DNA from: Myxococcota bacterium
GTDB taxonomy: Bacteria > Myxococcota_A > UBA9160 > PR03
Assembly: GCA_041611735.1 (NCBI GenBank)
Contig: JBFIML010000007.1
Span: 32,001 to 96,000, forward strand
DNA: 64,000 bases
Direction of reading: 5' to 3'
Position 1 is the first letter of the stretch; the number at the start of each line of letters is the position of its first letter. The translations under genes and the position numbers were made by a program. The notes under the pieces are model-generated. The model had not been told where the DNA came from and ran no database searches. It worked only from the letters and a program-made list of their open reading frames with translations. Shown here one piece after another: positions 38,286 to 46,061 of this stretch.

Positions 38286-39569
38286 TTGAGCCACGACCGC
38301 TACCGGGAGAGCGTCCGCGAGCTCTCCGATCGCATCGTGGCCGCCCAGAAGGGGATCCGGATCCTCGATGCCATCAAGTGGGACGATCGGATCCGCGAGG
38401 CCTTCTTCGCGGGCGGCTGCCGCGCCCTGCCGCCGGTGGATCGCGGGTATTACGAGCGGAACCGCCTCGGCTTCGACGTGGACACGCTGCGCGACGCCTT
38501 CGATCGGATCGAGCGCGACGTGGTCGCGCGCCTCGGCCCGGTGAATCCCGCCGGACAGCTCATGATCCGCATGGCCCGCGAGTACCGCACCGTGCTGCGC
38601 ATGCTCGTGGCGCGCGGCACGCCGGAGTTCTCGCGGCTCGCCCAGGAGCTGTACGGCCGCTCCACGGACGCCTTCCACGCGGGGGGCCCCTCGGTGGCGG
38701 ACCTGGCCGCGCTCCTGGACGGAGCCCTGCGTGGGATCCACGCCGGGATGTTCCTGGAGGAGGAGCCGCGCACCATCCCGATGGACCGCGCGGTGGGCCT
38801 GCTCCAGGAGCGGCTCGACCGGGTGTTCGACGATCCGGCCGCATCCGTGCGCGTCACCGTGAGCGATGGGATCGTCGCCGACGCGGCGGCGGGGTCCGAC
38901 TACATCAAGCTCCGCAAGGACGCGCTCTTCAGCGAGCGCGAGCTGCGGCTGCTCGAGGTACACGAAGGCTGGGTGCACGTGGGAACGACCCTGAACGGGC
39001 GTGCGCAGCCCTGCTGCACGTTCCTCAGCAAGGGGACACCCTCCACGTCCATCACCCAGGAGGGGCTGGCCCTGCTGATCGAGGTCATCTCGTTCCGCTC
39101 GCATCCGGCGCGGCTGCGGCGCGTGACGGACCGCATCCGCGGCATCCACCTGGCGGAGCAGGGCGCCACGTTCGTGGACGTCTTCCGGCAGCTGCGCGAA
39201 GAGGGGCGCGGCGAGGACGAGGCCTACACGGCCTGCGTGCGCATCTTCCGCGGCAGCACACCGGACGGAGGCCCGTTCACCAAGGATCTCTCCTACAGCA
39301 AGGGCTTCGTCCAGATCTACAACTTCATCCGGCTGGCGGTGCGGCGCGGCCTGCTCGACCGCATCCCGCTGCTGTTCTGCGGCAAGCTCAAGCTCGAGGA
39401 CGTGGGTACGCTGGCGGAGCTGCGCAGCCAGGGCCTGGTGGCGCCGCCCCGTTACCTGCCGCCCCCGCTCCTGGACCTGAACGCGCTCACGGCCTGGATG
39501 GCCTACTCGAACTTCCTGAACCGCCTCGACCTGGCCCAGGTGGAGGCGGACTTCGCGCACCTGTTCTAG
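38286..39569 (+). CDS. QEGLA-motif protein (DUF1704; MATCAP-like HExxxH metallopeptidase fold)
   Basis: HEGWVH, TQEGLA, RIFRG, FTKDLSY. Confidence 0.88.
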   Translation: MSHDRYRESVRELSDRIVAAQKGIRILDAIKWDDRIREAFFAGGCRALPPVDRGYYERNRLGFDVDTLRDAFDRIERDVVARLGPVNPAGQLMIRMAREYRTVLRMLVARGTPEFSRLAQELYGRSTDAFHAGGPSVADLAALLDGALRGIHAGMFLEEEPRTIPMDRAVGLLQERLDRVFDDPAASVRVTVSDGIVADAAAGSDYIKLRKDALFSERELRLLEVHEGWVHVGTTLNGRAQPCCTFLSKGTPSTSITQEGLALLIEVISFRSHPARLRRVTDRIRGIHLAEQGATFVDVFRQLREEGRGEDEAYTACVRIFRGSTPDGGPFTKDLSYSKGFVQIYNFIRLAVRRGLLDRIPLLFCGKLKLEDVGTLAELRSQGLVAPPRYLPPPLLDLNALTAWMAYSNFLNRLDLAQVEADFAHLF

Positions 39570-39657
39570 CCCGGATCATTCGCGAAGGTTCGGGCTGGCG
39601 ATCCTGCACGGGATGCCCGTAAGCTCCAGGCCGCGTTCCCCCGGGGGCGGATGCGTC

Positions 39658-42042
39658 ATGAGGGTCGCGAGAGCCCGCTTCGGACATCCCGTCCTGGTCC
39701 TCACCGTCGCCTCGACGCTGATGAGCGCGTTCGTGTTCTGGGACTTCGTCACGTTGAAGAAGGCTTTCCTCTTCGATGACGTCGGTGCCGACGGACTCAG
39801 CTTCGTCTACCCGAGCCTCTACCACTTCCTGAGAACGGGCGGTCTCGCGAGCCCGGAATGGTCGTTCCACATGGGAACGGGCACGCAGGCCTATACCTGG
39901 TACACGCTGATACACGGTCCCGACCCTCTCAACCTCGTCCTGCACCTGGTCCCGCCTGCACTCCTTGCCCACGCCATGATCTTCTCGCTGGTCGCCAAGC
40001 TGGTCGTGGCGACGCTTTCGATGTACGCGCTGCTCCGCGGCCACCGCCTCGAGCGCTCGGCCGCCCAGGTCGGCGCCATCCTCTACGCCTTCAGCGGGGC
40101 TCTCATCGCGCTGACCTCCTGGGTTTGGGTGTGGGCCTCCTACTTCGCGCTCCTCCCTCTACTCCTCCTCGTCCTCGAACCGCTTGCGCGCTCGGGTCGA
40201 TGGCTCCACCTGCCCTTCGTGTTCCTGGTCTACGGCAGCACCGTGACCAGTCTCTTCTCCCTCTACCAGACCGGTCTGTTCCTCGGGCTCTACCTCGCCT
40301 TCAGATACCTCGATACGGCCGAGCGCCCTCGCCTCGGGCTACTCGGAACGCGCCTCGCCGCGCTGACCGCGGCGTTCGCCCTCGGCATCGGGATGCTCTC
40401 CTTCCTCCTCGCACCACAGCTCCAGACACTGCTCTTCGGGCATGCCCGGGGCGATATAGGCTCCTACGGTCTGTGGCCCCTCGAGCTCGTCTCCTCGACC
40501 GAGCTCCTGACTTCCTTCTTTCGGCTGTTCTCCAACGACATCAGCGGGACCGCCCGATTGGGCTACGACCCTCGCTTCTTCGGCAACTACTTCGAGGCGC
40601 CGTTCTGGTACTGCGGCGTGTTGACCCCTCTCCTCCTACCGTTTGCGCTGACCGCCCTCCGCGGCCGAAGGCGATGGGTTTTCGCGCTCTTGCTCGCGAT
40701 CCTCGCCACCTACGCGCTGGTTCCGAACATGCGCCACCTGGCCAACGGCCTTTCGGCGGCCACTTACCGGACGAGCACGATCTACGTCACCTTGCTGCTG
40801 GTGGTCGTCACGAGCCGCACACTAAGCGCCCTGTTGCGGGAAGAGGGCCCGACGCCCCGACGGCTCCTCGGCGTGACGATAACCTGCCTGTTCGCGCTAT
40901 GCCTCGCGACTTGGTGGATCTCGAGGGCGAATCCCGCTCGGATCCCGGCCCTTCCCCTGCTTTGCGCCCTCTTCTTCGTCATGGCGCAAGGCGCGCTCCT
41001 CGTCGGATTGACCCGGCGCCCGCAGTGGCAAGGCGCTTTGCTGCTCGCCGTGTGCCTGGAGATGTCCCTCGCGTCCTGGTTCACGATCAACTACAGCCGC
41101 CAACCGGTCGATCTGGCCGGGACCCACCATGCCTTCGTCGACGGTCGTGCGCTCGCCGCCGTGGAGCGCATTCAGAGCGTGGACCGGGGGATCTACCGTG
41201 TCCGCAAGACCTCGGCGCACCCGCAGCTGAACGATCCGATGCTCTACGGCTACCTCGGGACGACGCTCTACTACTCGTTCCTCCCGTCGAGCTACACGGA
41301 ATTCCTGAGAGTCCTCGACGCGAAGTACTTCCCGCCGAACTGGATTCCCGGACTCGGGGAGCGATATCTCCTGGATTCCTTCCTCGGCGTGAAGTACTAC
41401 GTGCAGATGCGGAGCGAGCCGACGCCACCGTACGCGACGAAGATCCAGAGCATGGGGGTGGAAGCGTTCCGCAACCAGCTCGCTCTTCCGATCCTCTTCA
41501 CCAGCGACTCCTACATGACGCTCGAGGAGTTCCAAGGGCTCTCCAACGGGCAGAAGGATCGCCTCCTCATGACGTCCTGTGTCCTCGACCTCGAGGCGGA
41601 GGCGGCGAGCCGGCTGGTGGGAATCCGACGCCTGGGCATCAGGGACGCGCGGGGCGTCGACGACGACGACGTCCTCGCGGCCGCCGAGCGGAGGCAGAAG
41701 GGCTCGCCTTTCATCACGCGCTTCGACCACGAGTCCCTCGAGGCCGAGGTGCACCTGGATCGACCAAGCGTCCTGATCCTCACGACTCCCTTCGATGAAG
41801 GCTGGGAGATCCGCTCGGGCGACGACATCTTGGAGACGTTCGCAGTGGACGTCGGTTTCCTGGGCTGCCTCCTCCCCGCCGGGGATCACGTGATTCGCTA
41901 CGAGTACCGGACGCCATGGCTCGCGGAGGGAATCGCGCTCAGCCTCGCCTGCGTGGTGGGGTATCTGGTGATCCTCGCGGCCGCGAGGACGAGGCGGCAC
42001 CGAAGAGTGAGAATCCACAGCGACGCGCGAGTCGGCCCATGA
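39658..42042 (+). CDS. YfhO family membrane protein (GT-C-like glycosyltransferase)
   Basis: Many TMs, DVGAD near N-terminus, WSFHMGTG, C-terminal soluble domain PFDEGW..GDHVIRYEYRTP. Confidence 0.8.
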   Translation: MRVARARFGHPVLVLTVASTLMSAFVFWDFVTLKKAFLFDDVGADGLSFVYPSLYHFLRTGGLASPEWSFHMGTGTQAYTWYTLIHGPDPLNLVLHLVPPALLAHAMIFSLVAKLVVATLSMYALLRGHRLERSAAQVGAILYAFSGALIALTSWVWVWASYFALLPLLLLVLEPLARSGRWLHLPFVFLVYGSTVTSLFSLYQTGLFLGLYLAFRYLDTAERPRLGLLGTRLAALTAAFALGIGMLSFLLAPQLQTLLFGHARGDIGSYGLWPLELVSSTELLTSFFRLFSNDISGTARLGYDPRFFGNYFEAPFWYCGVLTPLLLPFALTALRGRRRWVFALLLAILATYALVPNMRHLANGLSAATYRTSTIYVTLLLVVVTSRTLSALLREEGPTPRRLLGVTITCLFALCLATWWISRANPARIPALPLLCALFFVMAQGALLVGLTRRPQWQGALLLAVCLEMSLASWFTINYSRQPVDLAGTHHAFVDGRALAAVERIQSVDRGIYRVRKTSAHPQLNDPMLYGYLGTTLYYSFLPSSYTEFLRVLDAKYFPPNWIPGLGERYLLDSFLGVKYYVQMRSEPTPPYATKIQSMGVEAFRNQLALPILFTSDSYMTLEEFQGLSNGQKDRLLMTSCVLDLEAEAASRLVGIRRLGIRDARGVDDDDVLAAAERRQKGSPFITRFDHESLEAEVHLDRPSVLILTTPFDEGWEIRSGDDILETFAVDVGFLGCLLPAGDHVIRYEYRTPWLAEGIALSLACVVGYLVILAAARTRRHRRVRIHSDARVGP

Positions 42043-42188
42043 GACGAACCGCTTCCTTCCCGGCCTGTTCCTCGGGCTCGCCGCCCGGCCAGCGGAGCCT
42101 CGCTTTGGCACGGTGGTATTCCGGAGCTGCAGTCCTCACCTCGACCCGGGAGAGGCCCGATCGAGATCCACGAGCGTGAGCCGAGTGA

Positions 42189-43535
42189 TCAGCGCGCCCC
42201 GATGCGCCGCCGCAGCGGGATCGCCCGGCCGGAGCCGATCAGCCCGGCCCCCACCAGCACGAGCCCCACGTGCACGATGCGCAGGCCGCTTCCGTCCGAG
42301 TGTCCGATCCCGCCCAGGGCGAGGGCGGCGAGTCCCACGCACACGGCCGTGGCCGCCGCCACGGAGCGCCAGGCCGAGGGCGGCGCATCGGGCCGCACCC
42401 GGCCCATCTGCTCGAAGCGACCGAAGATCGCCACCAGGGCGGCGAGCGCGACCCCCAGCAGCAGGAGCCAGGCCGGTCGCTCCGCCCACCAGTCCCCGCT
42501 GCCCGGCGTGGAGCGCAGGCCCACGCCGCCGGCCCAGTAGGCGAGCCCCACCAGCAGGACCATGGCGGTGGCGTGCCAGAGGTAGAGGGTCATGATGGTT
42601 CCGTTCACGAAGACCGTGGCGGTCCAGGTGCGGCCCCCTTGCAACCAGCGTCGGGCGGGAGCCTCCGCGGCCAGCACCAGGCCCGCGTGGAATACGCCGA
42701 GGGCCAGGAGCGCCAGCGTCGGCGGGCGGCTGTTCGACATCTCCTCGCCCGGCACGGTGATCATGCTGAGCGGGTAGGAGGCGGCCGTGACCAGGACGAC
42801 CAGGACGCCGAGGCCGCCGGCGGCCCACAAGAGGGCCCGCGCCGGCCCGGCGATGCGGCCGTCCCGCCAGAGGTAGCCCACGTGGTGCACCCCGAGCCAG
42901 ACGAAGGCGTAGTTCGCCCAGCGCAAGAGACCCCAGCCCGTGGAGAAGGCCAGCGCGTCGACGGCCACCGCGCCCCCGGCCAGGACCCAGAACGAGACCA
43001 TCCCGTAGCGGCGCCACAGCCAGTGGGTCGCGGGCGCAGCGACCACCACCATCACGTAGACGGCCAGGAACCAGGTGGGGATGAAAGCCACCTGCGAGCC
43101 GATCCGGATCATGGCCTCGGGGACGGCGAGCCAACGCCCCGCCACGGCGAGAGCGCTCCACACCACCAGGAGCGGCACCACGGGGAGGACGAGGCGTTGC
43201 AGGCGCGCGGCGATCCAGGCGTCGTAGCCCCGCCCGGCCCGGCGGGTGGCCTCCCAGGAGACCCCGTTCGCGTAGCCGCCCACCAGGAAGAAGAGCGGCA
43301 TCACCTGGAAGAGCCACGTCAGCCACTGGCTCCACGGCGCCACGCGCAGCATGTCGCCCAGGCTGAAGGTGCCGCCCCCCACGGAGGGCGCCGCCATCAG
43401 CCAGTGACCGATCACGACCACGAGGATCGATGCGGCCCGGAGGAAGTCCACGTAGCGGTTGCGGGTGGCGGGCGTGCGCTCCGCCAGGGCCCGGGCCTGG
43501 GCCCAGGCGCCCGATCGCACCGCTGCCTGGCTCAT
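42189..43535 (-). CDS. Acyltransferase-3 family membrane protein
   Basis: RNRYVDFLRA..VVIGHW, QVMPLFF..GG, WFLAVY, TLYLWH. Confidence 0.88.
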   Translation of the reverse strand: MSQAAVRSGAWAQARALAERTPATRNRYVDFLRAASILVVVIGHWLMAAPSVGGGTFSLGDMLRVAPWSQWLTWLFQVMPLFFLVGGYANGVSWEATRRAGRGYDAWIAARLQRLVLPVVPLLVVWSALAVAGRWLAVPEAMIRIGSQVAFIPTWFLAVYVMVVVAAPATHWLWRRYGMVSFWVLAGGAVAVDALAFSTGWGLLRWANYAFVWLGVHHVGYLWRDGRIAGPARALLWAAGGLGVLVVLVTAASYPLSMITVPGEEMSNSRPPTLALLALGVFHAGLVLAAEAPARRWLQGGRTWTATVFVNGTIMTLYLWHATAMVLLVGLAYWAGGVGLRSTPGSGDWWAERPAWLLLLGVALAALVAIFGRFEQMGRVRPDAPPSAWRSVAAATAVCVGLAALALGGIGHSDGSGLRIVHVGLVLVGAGLIGSGRAIPLRRRIGAR

Positions 43536-43640
43536 GGACGCTCCGCTCCGCGCCCGGGCCCTCCGACCCGGAGACGGCAGGAGGCTCGGCCGCATTCTCG
43601 CCGGCCGCCAGCCCCGGGGCCACAGTCCCACGGCCGTGGC

Positions 43641-43666
43641 TCAATCGCCCCCGGCGCCCTGCCGAT
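43641..43666 (+). promoter_or_regulatory. Putative sigma28-like promoter TCAA-N16-GCCGAT upstream of the EAL gene
   Basis: TCAA 43641-43644, GCCGAT 43661-43666. Confidence 0.45.
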
Positions 43667-43675
43667 CCGTGCGTC

Positions 43676-44941
43676 GTGGAGACGCCCACCCCGAGTCCGG
43701 CGCCGGGCGCGCCCTCCCCCGTTCGGCTGGGGGAGAGGCTCCCCGCCATCGCCGAGCGCTTCGCCACCAGCGGCCTGCTCGGGCTCGTCGTGATCGACGG
43801 TGCGCCGCTGGCGGGGATCGAGCGCAGCTTCGGTCACGACGCCTACGCCGGCTGCCTGGCGGCGCTGGCCGAGCTGGCCCAGCGGGTGGCGGCGCAGCAC
43901 TGGGGCGGCGACGCCCTGGTCTCCCTGGGCGACACGGGCCGTCACGAGGTCCTGATCCTGCTCTTCCGCAGCCAGGCGGAGAGCAGCTTCTATCGACGCG
44001 ATCTCCCGCGCTTCTGCCGGGAGCTTCGGCGCGAGCTGGCCTGGCACGGGCAGCGGGTGGTCTATCCGTATCACCGGCAGGCGCCGATCTTCGGCGTGGG
44101 CTACGCGGCGGCGCTGCGCAACCCGCTGCTGGGAGCCGAGACCCAGCTGCTCGACACCTTCCGCGAGGCGCGCGACGACGCCCGCCTCGCGGCGCGGGTC
44201 GAGGCGCGCCGGCGCCGCAAGGAATTCGTGAGCCTCGTACTGGCCGGGGAGGTGACGTCCGTCTACGAGCCCATCGTCGAGGTCACGAGCAAGACCGTCT
44301 TCGGCTACGAGGCCCTGGCGCGCGGACCCGCAGACAGCGACTTCCACTCGCCGCTCGCGCTGTTCCAGACCGCCATGCAGGAGAACCTCGTCTTCGAGCT
44401 CGATTGCCTGTGCCGGCGCAGTGGCCTCGAAGGGGCGGAGGAGCTGCCCACCGGCACCAAGCTCTTCCTGAACGTACGACCCACCACGATCCACGACCCG
44501 AGCTTCCAGCCCGAGGCCCTGATCCGCACCCTGGCCCGCAGCCGGCTCCAGCCGAGCGACCTGGTGTTCGAGATCTCCGAGCAGGAATCCATCGAGAGCT
44601 TCGACCTGTTCCGCGAGGTGCGAGACGAGTACGGAAAGCTCGGCTTCCAGTTCGCCCTCGACGACACCGGCGCCGGCTACGCGAGTCTGCAGGCGGTGAT
44701 GGAGCTCGCCCCCGAGTTCATCAAGGTGGACCGCGCGCTGGTCAGCCAGATCGACCGGGACGAGGCCCGCCAGACCCTGCTGCGCGCGCTCCACGACGTG
44801 GCCGGCCAGATCGGCTCGCGGATCATCGCCGAGGGCCTCGACCGCCTCGAGGAGCTCGAGACCCTGGGCGAGCTCGGCATCCCCTTCGGCCAGGGCTGGC
44901 TGTTCGGAAAGCCGACCCCGCTGCGGGGCTCCTCGCGCTAG
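43676..44941 (+). CDS. EAL-domain c-di-GMP phosphodiesterase with degenerate GGDEF-like N-terminus
   Basis: YEPIV, GYEALARG, LFLN, FEISE, ALDDTGAGYASL, IKVDR, IAEG, GQGWLFGKP. Start uncertain. Confidence 0.88.
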   Translation: METPTPSPAPGAPSPVRLGERLPAIAERFATSGLLGLVVIDGAPLAGIERSFGHDAYAGCLAALAELAQRVAAQHWGGDALVSLGDTGRHEVLILLFRSQAESSFYRRDLPRFCRELRRELAWHGQRVVYPYHRQAPIFGVGYAAALRNPLLGAETQLLDTFREARDDARLAARVEARRRRKEFVSLVLAGEVTSVYEPIVEVTSKTVFGYEALARGPADSDFHSPLALFQTAMQENLVFELDCLCRRSGLEGAEELPTGTKLFLNVRPTTIHDPSFQPEALIRTLARSRLQPSDLVFEISEQESIESFDLFREVRDEYGKLGFQFALDDTGAGYASLQAVMELAPEFIKVDRALVSQIDRDEARQTLLRALHDVAGQIGSRIIAEGLDRLEELETLGELGIPFGQGWLFGKPTPLRGSSR

Positions 44942-44990
44942 CCTGCCGGCGCACGCCCCTGGCGGGTGAGCGGTGGCGCGAGGAGGTCCC

Positions 44991-46061
44991 ATGGACGAGA
45001 TCCGTCTGACGACGCTCGTTCCGGCCGGCGGTTGAGCCCGCAAGCTGGGTGCCCAGGACCTGGTCCAGGTCCTGAAGAAGATCGGGCCGGTTCGTCATCC
45101 GTGGGTCCCCGAGCAGGCGGCTCCCATGGAAGACGCGGCCCTGCTGCGCCCGCCGTCCGGACCGGGGCTCGTGTTCACGGTGGACTTCATCACGCCGATC
45201 GTGGACGACCCGGAGACCTTTGGCGCCATCGCAGCAGCGAACTCGCTGTCGGACGTCTACGCCATGGGCGGCGACCCCATGGCCGCACTGGCCGTGTGCG
45301 GATTCCCGGAGGACCGGGTCTCCACGGCGATCCTCGAGCGCATCTTCCGCGGGGGCCGCGACAAGGCCGCCGAGGCGGGCTGTGCCGTGGTGGGCGGCCA
45401 CACGGTGGTCGATCCGGAGCTCAAGTACGGCCTGGCAGTGATCGGGGTGGTGGACCCGGAGCGGGCCCTGATCCAGACCCGGGCGCGGGTCGGAGATCGA
45501 CTCGTGCTCACCAAGCCGATCGGGTTCGGGATCGCCGCCCAGGCCATCAAGGCCGGGCGACTGCCCGCGCCGGCCCTGGCCGAGGTGGCGGGCCTCATGA
45601 CGACCCTCAACCGGGGCGCCAAGGACGCGGCACTCGCCGCCGGCGCCCACGCGGCCACGGACGTGACTGGCTTCGGCCTGCTCGGGCACCTGCGGCACCT
45701 GCTGCTCGGGGCCCGGGCGGCGGCGCGGCTGGTGGCCCGGGCGGTGCCGGTGATCCCCGCCGTGCGCCCCTTCGCCGAAGAGGGGCTGCTGCCGGGCGGA
45801 ACCCGGAAGAACCTCGCCTACGTGGAGCCCCACGTGCGCTGGGACCCGGGAATCACGGAGGCGGAGCGCCTGCTCCTGTGCGACGCCCAGACCTCGGGGG
45901 GGCTGCTGCTCGCCGTGGCGCCGGATGACGTCGCGGCGCTGTGCAGCGAGCTCGCGCGCCGCGGCGCACCGGCCCGGGCCGTAATCGGGGAGATCGTCCC
46001 CGGCCCCCCCGGCACCCTCAGCGTCGAGACCGGTCCCCCTATTCGCGGGGCTCGGGGGTGA
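44991..46061 (+). CDS. selD: Selenide, water dikinase; selenoprotein (in-frame UGA = Sec at codon 15)
   Basis: AGGAGG RBS then MDEIRLTTLVPAGG-U-ARKL...EDAA, TVDFITPIVDDP, ANSLSDVYAMGG, TDVTGFGLLGH, DAQTSGGLL. TGA at 45033-45035. Confidence 0.93.
45054..45074 (+). promoter_or_regulatory. Putative bacterial SECIS hairpin
   Basis: CAGGACCTG-GTC-CAGGTCCTG, starting 18 nt after the UGA, with G in the apical loop. Confidence 0.7.

Noticed and set aside
42039-42188. Small ORF or gene remnant between the YfhO-like and acyltransferase genes
   Set aside because: No recognisable motif in the frames I read.
45033-45035. selD as a pseudogene with a premature stop
   Set aside because: The TGA is exactly at the catalytic residue, a hairpin follows, and the rest of the gene is intact.
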